From a virus (Duplodnaviria > Heunggongvirae > Uroviricota > Caudoviricetes), in the IMG/VR virus record IMGVR_UViG_2778261035_000014: a stretch of 27,714 bases of DNA; one strand, written 5' to 3'. Shown here piece by piece: positions 17,665 through 26,508 of the stretch. Each line of letters starts with the position of its first letter. Position 1 is the stretch's first letter. The position numbers and the translations under genes are program-made. Below the pieces are notes generated by a model. It saw nothing but the letters and a program-made list of their open reading frames with translations. It had not been told where the DNA came from and made no database searches.

Positions 17665-18693
17665 TTACGCTACTGTGATCTGTACAGTGAAGCCTACGCC
17701 GTGGTTTACAACCATCTGGCTATTCTCGGTAACTACGTTTACAGCGTCGTTACGTGCTGGGCTAAATGCATAGCTGTAATATTCAGCCGATCCAGAGTTC
17801 AGAAGGTCGAACGTTGAAGAAGGAGCGCCGAAAATGTTCTGATAGACGTTAGAGCCTTTAGCGAACTTCGGAACAGCCACCGCATCAGAAGTCATATGAG
17901 CCAGCAGCAGCGGATCGGTAACTTTGATCAGATCAATGTTAGTGCCTGGAATAGTGAAGGTAGTCACACCTGGCAGCAGGGAGCGCACACTATAAACGAT
18001 GTTTGCGTCATCGGTAGGGCTTGCATACTGGAACGCGTTAACCATGCCAGCACTGTAACGGATAGCGTTAAATGCAGCAGGTTTACAGAATACAACGATA
18101 CGCTCTACAGCAGCCGCCTGGCTTTGTGCTTTAGTAATAACGTCTGTATGCATCTGATCGAATTGCTGGAACACCATAGAAGGCGTGGTGCTTGATGCGT
18201 CGATGGTTGCAGTCAGCGGAACAGCACTAAACAGATCGCCCCACTGAATCAGCACATCGTCAGTTTTAGGGGTGTAGGTGCGACCACTAAACAGGGAAGC
18301 AGCCAGTACGCTTTCTTTAGTACGCTGGAAAGCAATGTGGTGCTTAGCAACATATTCCGCGTAGATATCTGTCAGAGTCTCTTCAACGGTAGCGCCTGGT
18401 TTACGTTTGCCTTGAACGTCTTGCGGCTTAATCATATCTTCACGCAGGAAGTAGGGGATCTCTACTAAAAATTCTTTACCCTGTTCACGTTTAGTCACGT
18501 TATGTTCAGAAGAGAAACGAGAGGTTTCTTTGTTGAACAGAGATTCGTTAGTTTCCACCAGTTGGCTAACAGCCACTTTATGAGAACTCACACCTACCGG
18601 ATCAGTGAAGTCCAGAGTAGTTAACAGGAAGTTGCGAGAGTCGTGCAGACTAAACAGCGGAGCCAGATCGACGGATTCATTACCAATAATCAT
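17665..18693 (-). CDS. Major capsid protein, lambda gpE-like (second copy)
   Basis: 342 aa with an AAGGA Shine-Dalgarno. Paralogous to the 3264-4280 product and preceded by the small partner gene. Confidence 0.7.
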   Translation of the reverse strand: MIIGNESVDLAPLFSLHDSRNFLLTTLDFTDPVGVSSHKVAVSQLVETNESLFNKETSRFSSEHNVTKREQGKEFLVEIPYFLREDMIKPQDVQGKRKPGATVEETLTDIYAEYVAKHHIAFQRTKESVLAASLFSGRTYTPKTDDVLIQWGDLFSAVPLTATIDASSTTPSMVFQQFDQMHTDVITKAQSQAAAVERIVVFCKPAAFNAIRYSAGMVNAFQYASPTDDANIVYSVRSLLPGVTTFTIPGTNIDLIKVTDPLLLAHMTSDAVAVPKFAKGSNVYQNIFGAPSSTFDLLNSGSAEYYSYAFSPARNDAVNVVTENSQMVVNHGVGFTVQITVA

Positions 18694-18711
18694 TATGTTT
18701 ATTCCTTTATA

Positions 18712-19083
18712 TTAAGATGTGAATACAGTGTTAAAACCAGCCATCTGGAAGCCTTTAGCAGCCAGAGCAGCAATAGCGGCTTCTTTAATAGCGCCTTCAA
18801 CATTCAGAGCATCAGACTTGATGCAAACCAGTCCGGCATTGCTACGCAGCACGTTAACGGTTTTAGCGTCGCCAGCGGATACCGCATCAGACACAACCAC
18901 AAGAACATCGCCGCCGCTTACATATTCAGCGCCGTTACTGGTAATCAGATCGCCGCATTCCACATCAACCGCCAGATCAACGGTAAAAGATTGCACACAA
19001 CCGAACTCATCAGTTGCATAGCTCACGATATCGGTAAATGATTTGCGAACTGGAAACAGATCGCTCATATTAATAATAGCCAT
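18712..19083 (-). CDS. Putative head decoration protein (gpD-like by size and synteny)
   Basis: 123 aa, 18 nt upstream of the capsid gene. Positional and size analogue of 4299-4643. Confidence 0.45.
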   Translation of the reverse strand: MAIINMSDLFPVRKSFTDIVSYATDEFGCVQSFTVDLAVDVECGDLITSNGAEYVSGGDVLVVVSDAVSAGDAKTVNVLRSNAGLVCIKSDALNVEGAIKEAAIAALAAKGFQMAGFNTVFTS

Positions 19084-19085
19084 AA

Positions 19086-19301
19086 TTAATAGTTTCCTTT
19101 TTTGGATTGTTTGATTTGTTCTGCTTTTGCTTTAATCAGATCCTGCATAGTAGGCTTCTGTTCATCAGCAGACTTAAAAAGCTTATCACAATGTTTTTTC
19201 AATTCTGTTGGAGTGATCCCCAACATATAAGCCGTAGCATTGAATGTTTCATCAGTGATAATCAATTCTTCGTTACCATTCTTTAGAATGAGATTTTGCA
19301 T
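19086..19301 (-). CDS. Hypothetical small protein (71 aa) leading the capsid operon
   Basis: ORF ending 2 nt before the decoration-like gene. Lys/Glu-rich. No counterpart in element 1. Confidence 0.45.
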   Translation of the reverse strand: MQNLILKNGNEELIITDETFNATAYMLGITPTELKKHCDKLFKSADEQKPTMQDLIKAKAEQIKQSKKGNY

Positions 19302-19330
19302 TGTTGCTTTACCTTTTCTAACATTCTTGT

Positions 19331-19361
19331 TTAGTGCTGATAAAATAAAACCGGAAGGGGA
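19331..19361 (-). terminator. Intrinsic terminator upstream of the capsid operon
   Basis: 7-bp stem ccggaag/cttccgg (19341-19347 / 19355-19361), followed on the minus strand by TTTTATTTTA. Confidence 0.55.
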
Positions 19362-20175
19362 AAACTTCCGGCTTTATGAATACAACATTTTGAAGGATGC
19401 GATAGAAGTGTTACTAAATCGTAGTTATATGCACTTAAAGAGGATAGGACATATAAGAATAAGATTGCTTATTGTTATATACCCTTGAGGGGTGAATAAC
19501 AGGCTTACAGGGAGTAGGCGCTTAGGAGGTCGCCCCCTTTGGAGAGGAATCTATAAACCTGTTATTCGTGCGATGGCTAATCGCTGTCGTCACAATGTGG
19601 ATGCATCGATCAGACGTTCAGGAATCACCTATTAACTTTCAAACCTTTTTGGATTCTCGTTTTAATAGGAGTGGTGCCGAGATGATTTCGGGGATCATCC
19701 ACGCTTTCGCGTTCTAAGATTGGCACCTTAATAAACACCAACAAACAAAAAACGTATTCAGCTTTAGGCTTAGTAGAATTGCTGTTAAGAAACAGATATA
19801 CACCGTTATTTGTTTATACGGGGTTTATAGACACTGTAAACAGTGTTTTTAGAAAGTGTTTCATGCTTCACAGTTGGTTAAAAAGATGAGGGGCCAAGTC
19901 CATAGCCCCTGCATTCTTAAGACACAATTTTGATAAAGCAATAAGGAAAATAAAATGAAACTATTAACGAGGGAAACAATTTCTAAAAATCACTGTAAAG
20001 GGAAAGCGAGGTAGGTTAGATAGGGCGCGACCCCTTGAGGTCTACCCCGCTTTCGTGTAGGATTAAAATCTGGAGAAGGATTAACGCCAGCTAACACCTG
20101 TTTTAGATTATTTCCTCTACATTTCTTATTATATAACATTTCTGTTATAAAGTCAATAGTTAAATCAAAGTTTTT

Positions 20176-20388
20176 TCAATTCTTTTCGGTTGTTAACTGC
20201 CACTCACCAAATACGCAATTACCATCTAAAACAATTGTTTGTTCGTTACCGTTATCATCGGTTACGTGCATAAGGCGGGTGTAAGTGTCGAGTAAGCCAG
20301 TATACACTTTACCTACTGTGAAACATTGGCACGCTTTACCTTCTTCTGTAAGTGCCAGTAAACGGGCACGTTTGGTTTTTACTGTCAT
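20176..20388 (-). CDS. Hypothetical small protein (70 aa)
   Basis: ORF overlapping the upstream gene by 4 nt in a tightly packed operon. Confidence 0.5.
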   Translation of the reverse strand: MTVKTKRARLLALTEEGKACQCFTVGKVYTGLLDTYTRLMHVTDDNGNEQTIVLDGNCVFGEWQLTTEKN

Positions 20389-20693
20389 TGGTTAACCTTA
20401 TCGATTAGTTCTGCTATGAGTGGTTGCAAATCTGCTACCGCTTCTTGCATGATTTCTGTGGTGTCGTTGATGACGATGATCAGATTAGAAAGGTCGTCGG
20501 CTTCAATCATTGCACCTTCTGATTGATCACAAGCTTCAATAAGCAATTGCAGTGCTTCCCGCGTCGATTCCAGATTAATAACCGCCTGTGTAATGGTTAG
20601 CTCGCTTGGAAAGGTCAGAGCCGCGTTCACTGCTTTCTGTAAATCAATAACCAGATCCATCATTTGAATAGTTACGGTGTGAACTTCGCTCAT
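20385..20693 (-). CDS. Small highly acidic protein (102 aa)
   Basis: About 18 Asp/Glu against 3 Lys/Arg. Start overlaps the upstream stop. Confidence 0.5.
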   Translation of the reverse strand: MSEVHTVTIQMMDLVIDLQKAVNAALTFPSELTITQAVINLESTREALQLLIEACDQSEGAMIEADDLSNLIIVINDTTEIMQEAVADLQPLIAELIDKVNQ

Positions 20694-20914
20694 TATGCCA
20701 CTTCCTCTAATTGTTCTAATTGTTGTTGTGCTTCACGTGCTTTCTTCATAGCAATAGTGAGCGGGATTTTATAAGTTGCAATGTTGTCTATAATATCATC
20801 GAGTAAACCGAGATCGTTTTCTTCCTGTGCACATTCAATCAGGCTTATGAAACATTCAGAAAGAAGCTTAAGATCATGAAAAGTGGTTGTCTCTAAAATT
20901 GCTTTGTTAATCAT
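20693..20914 (-). CDS. Small acidic protein (73 aa)
   Basis: ORF in the same operon with an acidic composition. Confidence 0.5.
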   Translation of the reverse strand: MINKAILETTTFHDLKLLSECFISLIECAQEENDLGLLDDIIDNIATYKIPLTIAMKKAREAQQQLEQLEEVA

Positions 20915-20955
20915 TTTATTTTCCTTTTGTTAAGGGTTATATTCAGCAAACGCTG

Positions 20956-21336
20956 TTAATCGTCGATTTTTATTGCACTGAGCAGAAGTAATTCTGTCTC
21001 TGTCACACCTGCATATTTCAGACTGTTAAGAGCCATGTAGCCACGAAAATGATTCATATCCTGGAAGCCTAAACACTGCCATCTTTTAAGAAGACTACTA
21101 TCAATGATTGTTGTTTTACGTGGGCGCGGATTGAAGTAAACACCATCCATACTTTGAATGATTGATAATTCTTCGTCTGTCAATTCTGGGCTTGGTTCTT
21201 CAAGTATAAAGATCAATTCCTCGCCTGGTTGTGCATCATGCTCATAATTATATTTGCGAGGATTGTTTAACGCATACTGATCACATGCTTCGCCAATAGT
21301 TGTTATTACGTTTTTCTTGCCTTTTTTCTTGCTCAT
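20956..21336 (-). CDS. Hypothetical protein (126 aa)
   Basis: ORF with a Lys-rich N-terminus MSKKKGKK. Confidence 0.5.
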   Translation of the reverse strand: MSKKKGKKNVITTIGEACDQYALNNPRKYNYEHDAQPGEELIFILEEPSPELTDEELSIIQSMDGVYFNPRPRKTTIIDSSLLKRWQCLGFQDMNHFRGYMALNSLKYAGVTETELLLLSAIKIDD

Positions 21337-21464
21337 TGCTTCCCCTTCGTTTTGTTTTTCTTGTTGCAGTGTTAAAAAAGGAAGCGATCATAAATACTAA
21401 GAAAAATATTAAGCTTTCCATTGTTTCACCCTTCAAGATGTTTGATAGTTGTTTGTTGTTTGTT

Positions 21465-21683
21465 TTAAGCTACAGAGTCGATTCTGAATGCTTTCATATG
21501 AGTTTTTGTATACTGCAATAATCCTTGTTTACTTAGGTTATCGAGAAGAGCATATAAAAATTGCTCACCTACCACACCGGAAAACTCAGAATCAAACAGA
21601 ATCATTCCCGTTCTTTCCCGTAAATATTGCAGAAAGATTTCTTGTGAAAATTCGCCATCGAATATGATCACAGTGTCATCCAC
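21465..21683 (-). CDS. Hypothetical small protein (72 aa)
   Basis: ORF overlapping the upstream gene by 16 nt. Confidence 0.45.
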   Translation of the reverse strand: MDDTVIIFDGEFSQEIFLQYLRERTGMILFDSEFSGVVGEQFLYALLDNLSKQGLLQYTKTHMKAFRIDSVA

Positions 21684-21925
21684 AATTCAAACGGGTTTAC
21701 CTCGAGCAAACGGAACGTCTGACTATTCACAGCTTCATACTGAATTACCCCAAAATGGCTTAGGTGATTTAGCCAATGCTGTGTGTGTTCTTTACTGTGC
21801 GGTAACTCCTGAAAGCTGATAATCGCGGGTAGCTCATAATTGCTATCAGCGATCTGTTTTGCCAGTGTGTAGCCGCTTTCTGTAATTTCGAATGTTCGTT
21901 TGTTTAATGTCAGGTTGTATTTCAT
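21668..21925 (-). CDS. Hypothetical small protein (85 aa)
   Basis: ORF immediately downstream of the rep-like gene. Confidence 0.45.
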   Translation of the reverse strand: MKYNLTLNKRTFEITESGYTLAKQIADSNYELPAIISFQELPHSKEHTQHWLNHLSHFGVIQYEAVNSQTFRLLEVNPFELWMTL

Positions 21926-21937
21926 TTTTTATTCTCC

Positions 21938-22603
21938 TTAAAATGGTATTGAGTCATAGATTTCACTTTCTTTTCTCAGGGCTATCATCAGTGCATTAAA
22001 AGCATCATCTTCAAGAATTATCCTCTTCGAGGTCAGTGCACGTTTTATAAAATTTTCTGTTTCTTCTTGCATAGGCTTTTGGCTGTCTATGGAAATAAGC
22101 CATGTAAAAAGATCAGATTGTTCCGTGATTTCTGCCTGTGTTTCCTGCTCAATAGAGTGTGTCGCTTCTAACGGTTCCTGTGTTTCAGGTGCAGGCTGTT
22201 CTACGTTTACAGAGGTTTTTACGTCTTCCGGTGGTGTGATGTGTGCATCTGTAAATGGTAATGCTTTATAGAGTGATGTTTGCCCGTCCCGTGCCTCTAC
22301 AGAAAGAACACCCATATCAATAAACATATTTATAATATTACGCACCTGACGATCACTAACCATTCCAATATTAGCTAATGTTTTTTGATTGGCGTAACAT
22401 TCTTGCCCTTGTTCATTGAACCCAGCTACGTAACTGTAGATTTCAACGGCTGGAAGTGTCGCGGTGTATTCCTTACCTGACGGTGAGAACCACTTTTTAA
22501 ACATCTTCAGCCATTGTTCAACTACTACATATGTTTGTTTACTATCTTTCTTATTGAGGCATTGCGCTTTTGCTTCGGCAATTGTTTTGGTGTTTTGGTT
22601 CAT
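21938..22603 (-). CDS. Replication-initiator-like or winged-helix DNA-binding protein
   Basis: 221 aa. Segment ECYANQKTLANIGMVSDRQVRNIINMFIDMGVLSV. Acidic C-terminal half. AAGGAGG Shine-Dalgarno lies inside the upstream ribbon-helix-helix ORF. Confidence 0.5.
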   Translation of the reverse strand: MNQNTKTIAEAKAQCLNKKDSKQTYVVVEQWLKMFKKWFSPSGKEYTATLPAVEIYSYVAGFNEQGQECYANQKTLANIGMVSDRQVRNIINMFIDMGVLSVEARDGQTSLYKALPFTDAHITPPEDVKTSVNVEQPAPETQEPLEATHSIEQETQAEITEQSDLFTWLISIDSQKPMQEETENFIKRALTSKRIILEDDAFNALMIALRKESEIYDSIPF

Positions 22604-22727
22604 TTAGTTCCTCCTTTGTAAGGACTGTAATTAGTAATTCATTAACAAGTTTTGGAATTGATTTCCCTTCTGCCTTTGCACGATTTAACAACGCGTTATA
22701 AGTTGCAGAATCAAAATTAATATTCAT
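22551..22727 (-). CDS. Ribbon-helix-helix DNA-binding protein (58 aa, absent from the ORF track)
   Basis: Hand-translated: MNINFDSATYNALLNRAKAEGKSIPKLVNELLITVLTKEELNEPKHQNNCRSKSAMPQ. GGAGAA Shine-Dalgarno. Homologous to the 9364-9567 product. Overlaps the rep-like start in another frame. Confidence 0.5.
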   Translation of the reverse strand: MNINFDSATYNALLNRAKAEGKSIPKLVNELLITVLTKEELNEPKHQNNCRSKSAMPQ

Positions 22728-22750
22728 TTGGTTTTCTCCTTCTCCTGTTA

Positions 22751-22933
22751 TTATTCTTTCTCTGCTTCTGCCTTACGCAGTTCATCAATAATTTTTAGTG
22801 CATCGTCAAAGCATTTTTCACGCTCTGGATAACCACAGCGCCGCGCTGTGTTCCTGTTCATCCTTACTTGATGTCGTGTTAGCTCACCTTTTTTAAATGC
22901 CTCTACGACGTGTTCCGGTGTATACCATTTCAT
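22751..22933 (-). CDS. Small basic protein (60 aa), first gene of the leftward operon
   Basis: ATG at 22933 with AAGGAG Shine-Dalgarno 7 nt upstream (MKWYTPEHVVEAFKK...). Confidence 0.5.
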   Translation of the reverse strand: MKWYTPEHVVEAFKKGELTRHQVRMNRNTARRCGYPEREKCFDDALKIIDELRKAEAEKE

Positions 22934-23917
22934 AAAAAACTCCTTATTTAGATAAAAGAAAAACACACCTTGCAGCCTGACGGCTCAAAGTGCAGTGTTC
23001 TGTGATTTGATTATTTAGATGGAGAGAGATGTTTCTCCCCTCCCTACTTACAATACTACATAACGGCGGCTTTGTCAACCCTCTTTTATAAAAAATTTGA
23101 TCATTTTCAATTTCTTATAATTTTTCTTAGCTTTTTGTGCTGCCTACTCTGGTACAATTCTTCCCTGTTGCCTAAAACGCTCTCAATCGCACTCTGACGG
23201 GGTTTTGATAAAAACAATACATTCCCTTATGTAGAGGTTGTTTATCTCGTCAGAGGCTTATTTAAGGGGCTTATTTTTGATTTATCAGATGATGGAAAGA
23301 TGGTGGATAGATAAATTCTGATTTCAGACATCTTATAAAATACCTGCAAAGTTCTCAGAAGCTCTGTAACGAGCTAATCTATTACCGCTAAGGTGTTTCC
23401 CTTACATTACCCTGTTTAGCTCGCCTACGGCTTGATTTAAGCGGTAGAATCTTATTTAACCTTCAACTACAAAAACCATTCTTTCTTTTTTGTTGTTGGT
23501 TGTTTTGTCATGTTATGCGTTAGCATCCCCAAAGGGTAACGCGACACTAACAACCATTCGCTTACGCTCAGGTTATTGCACAAGTAAATTTCAATCGTTA
23601 GATGGTAGTTAGTTAATTATCGTTCTGCGCACAGCGCAAGACTATTAGCCATACGCAAGCCGTAGGCTATTTGCACATAGTAGATTACATATTCGTTGTG
23701 AGCGGAAAGCGAACATAGATCAGCTAACTACTAACAAAAAACAAAAAACAAAAACTATCTGTTATGACAAGCATCAGTCTAACTTGTGCAAGGTTCTGGC
23801 GAATGCCAATAGATTAAGGGATAGTCGAAGACTCCCTAACGGGTATCCCTATAATTATTCTTTAAAAGATAAAAGAATTTATAAAAGATAGTTTAATTGT
23901 AGTTTAATTATAGTATT

Positions 23918-23969
23918 GTAGGAACTCATTTCCTGGGTAGGTAGGAACTCATTTCCTGGGTAGGTAGGG
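23918..23969. repeat. Tandem direct repeat, 2.3 copies of 23-bp unit gtaggaactcatttcctgggtag
   Basis: Exact copies at 23918-23940 and 23941-23963, then a partial copy; preceded by duplicated agtttaatt. Confidence 0.7.
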
Positions 23970-25092
23970 AAACCGCACTATACACTGGTAAGTGTCTTGC
24001 ACAGAAAAAGGTATCAAAAATGTCTAAAGCCCCTTTAGATAAAAATGATACCTTTATACATGCGCTAATAGCGCGCATAACAATAACCTACTAACAACTA
24101 ACTAACTAAAAAGTAAGAAGATGTTGTTATGATTAGTGTATCGCTCAACGCTCACATCTATCTCTGATCTATAAATTGGTAACTGTCTAACAACAACAAA
24201 CAACTATTACATGCAAAACAGCCTTACGGCTGCATAGAGATGATTGGCTAACCTTCGGTTGCTACGCATAGCCATATCTATGAGAAGATAAAAGAGATTT
24301 AAAGGTTAGTTTGTTGTTGATCTAACCAACATTCGCTATACGCTCATACAATCTACATTACACATTAACTATCAAACTACAATCTAACGATATATAGAAT
24401 CTATATCCACTCATTATCATTCGTGCAATGATCACATTGATAGTTCGCTATACGCTCACCTCAATTATGTGCAATGGCTTTTCAGGCAACGCGTTAGCGT
24501 ATTCTTGCGAATGCCTGATCTCCAAAGCCGGAATTAAACAGCAAGAATATCTCGTGTAAATCGTAGAATATTCATAGTTTATTCCGTGTAATTCCATACT
24601 AAAAAATGCAATGAAAAGTAGCTTCAAAGTGCAATTCTTACTTTCTTCACTTTTACATTATCATCAGCAAAGCCTTATGTAATGCGGCATATAGCGTATC
24701 ACTGCAAAATTGTTGCTCAATAAATGTTCTACCATTTGTTGAACGAATGTTCACTCGTGCACATCTCAAAGAGAATAATCATTTGTCATACAATTCCATA
24801 ATAAGAATTATTATCACTTATAATGCAATACAACCCAGATTCGATACACTTTAGCAAAGTGTATTCTGTAACTTACTGATCTTTATATACTCAGGCATAT
24901 ATAGACCATTTATCGCTATTTATTGGCTATTTTTCATCTGCCGAAAATAAATTTCTTGACAAGACAAATCATTTGTGAACAACTTGCATAAAATAAATTT
25001 ACTTATAAATCAACAAGATATTTCATATTTGTGCCTGCATCAGATCGGGAGGCTTGATCTTTGTGTTCAACGATGGTGACGGACGCACCTAA

Positions 25093-25172
25093 ATTAAATC
25101 GGTTTTAATCGCCTTTAATACCTTTTAATCAGTCTTAATCACCTTTTAATAGCCCTTTAATCACTTTTGATC
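25093..25172. repeat. About eight phased ~10-bp repeats with core TTTAATC
   Basis: ggttttaatc / gcctttaata / ccttttaatc / agtcttaatc / accttttaat / agccctttaatc / acttttgatc. About 10-bp periodicity, ending 100 nt upstream of the recombinase start. Confidence 0.6.
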
Positions 25173-25273
25173 ATTTAGTGCTCTCAACCATAAAACGTAT
25201 CGTGCAACATATTGAAAATGATCGTTTTATGATCAAAACTACTTTCATTGAAACGAATAAGGAGAGTATAAAG

Positions 25274-25852
25274 ATGAAAGGTATTAGCCAAGCCCTCAAG
25301 AATGTAGACGAGGTAAAAACAGTAGCAGCAGAGCTACAGCGCAATAGTAAAACCAACCTGTTTTATTGCTTATGGGTGTTTATGTATGAAAGCGGGTTGC
25401 GTGTCTCTGACGTACTCAAGCTAAAATATCAGGATGTTGAGGGGCAATCTCATTTGAAGATAAAGCAGGAGAAAACCGGAAACGTAGTAAGGCCAAAAGT
25501 TACCCCCGCCATGTTGTCAGTGGTGGCACAACGCAAGGCAGAGCAAACGAAGATGCCTGTAGCTACAGATTTTATTTTCAGTGCTGGCACATTACGCAGT
25601 AAAGGCGAAGCCGTAACCCGTAACACGGTATTCACTGAATTTGGGAAAATGGGACGTAGAGCCGGATTCTCTAATGTGGGATGCCATACGCCACGTAAAA
25701 GTCGGGGCCGTGTGATGTTTGATGCAGGGGTAGCTATAGAGACAATAGCCCATTTCCTGGGACAGACAGATCCGCGCTCTACTATGTATTACATCGGGTA
25801 TGGTCAGGATGTGCAGGACGATTTAGCAGAGGAGTTTTCTTTAGAATGGTGA
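25274..25852 (+). CDS. Small tyrosine recombinase, FimB/FimE-like (catalytic domain only, 192 aa)
   Basis: AAGGAG Shine-Dalgarno 9 nt upstream. Motifs ESGLRVSDV (Arg), HTPRKSRG (His-x-x-Arg), and C-terminal LGQTDPRSTMYY (Tyr). Size and motif spacing resemble my recollection of FimB. Stop overlaps the next start in ATGGTGA. Confidence 0.65.
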   Translation: MKGISQALKNVDEVKTVAAELQRNSKTNLFYCLWVFMYESGLRVSDVLKLKYQDVEGQSHLKIKQEKTGNVVRPKVTPAMLSVVAQRKAEQTKMPVATDFIFSAGTLRSKGEAVTRNTVFTEFGKMGRRAGFSNVGCHTPRKSRGRVMFDAGVAIETIAHFLGQTDPRSTMYYIGYGQDVQDDLAEEFSLEW

Positions 25853-26061
25853 TCCAAATTAAAAGCTTATTTGTGCTGACGTTGGCGCTATTGCCTGTCC
25901 TATCGAATGCCGGACAGATAACAATGGTCAACCCACAGGAAGAACAGACGGAGAATGGAAAAACGCTGTGCACGTATCAGAACAGCAATTATCTGTTCAC
26001 TTACGTAACTAAGGGGAAATGCCCTTATACAAAAACATTTGACACTTCCGCCAAAGAATAA
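25846..26061 (+). CDS. Small secreted protein with two conserved Cys (paralog of 12214-12429)
   Basis: 71 aa with signal peptide MVIQIKSLFVLTLALLPVLSNA. Conserved blocks GQITMVNPQEE, LCTYQNSNYLFT, CPYTKTFDT. Confidence 0.6.
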   Translation: MVIQIKSLFVLTLALLPVLSNAGQITMVNPQEEQTENGKTLCTYQNSNYLFTYVTKGKCPYTKTFDTSAKE

Positions 26062-26066
26062 CGATT

Positions 26067-26486
26067 TTAACGGGATTTTGGATAAATGCTGTTTCTGCAA
26101 TTAATGCAATACCAACTCGCGGAGTATTGACCAACGGCACGCGAAAAAACCATGTGTGTTTGCACCTTATCAACTTCAAAGCATTTGGGACAGTAGGCTG
26201 TTTCATCGCCTTCTTTCCAGTAAAGTCCATCTTTGAAAGTGAAGGTGTGCTTATCCTTTAGCTGATCTTCAAGCTGCTTATTTTTCTGTTCAGCCTCAAA
26301 AAGAAGTGCTTGGGTTGTGATTACTTCCATCTTCACACTTGCAAGTTCGCTCATGAGGTTAGCAAGCTCAAGTTTAAGCGTTGCTTTATCAAGTTCGCCG
26401 CCATCATCAGCGAGCTTCTTTGCAATACCTACAGCTTTGTCAATGATACCTACAGCCGCCGCTGTACTTGCCAACACTCCAGACAT
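26067..26486 (-). CDS. Coiled-coil protein with C-terminal zinc ribbon (cargo, unknown function)
   Basis: 139 aa. Central heptad-like region, then CPKC-(x24)-CINC. Last gene of the leftward three-gene operon. Confidence 0.55.
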   Translation of the reverse strand: MSGVLASTAAAVGIIDKAVGIAKKLADDGGELDKATLKLELANLMSELASVKMEVITTQALLFEAEQKNKQLEDQLKDKHTFTFKDGLYWKEGDETAYCPKCFEVDKVQTHMVFSRAVGQYSASWYCINCRNSIYPKSR

Positions 26487-26508
26487 ATTGCCCCTAATTT
26501 TAACAAGT

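Noticed and set aside
17896-19041. Plus-strand ORFs antisense to the element-2 capsid and decoration genes
   Set aside because: They sit inside paralog-supported minus-strand CDSs and have low-complexity Ser/Ala-rich translations.
22967-25170. Insertion sequence or transposon in the AT-rich region
   Set aside because: There is no transposase ORF and no terminal inverted repeats that I could identify by eye.
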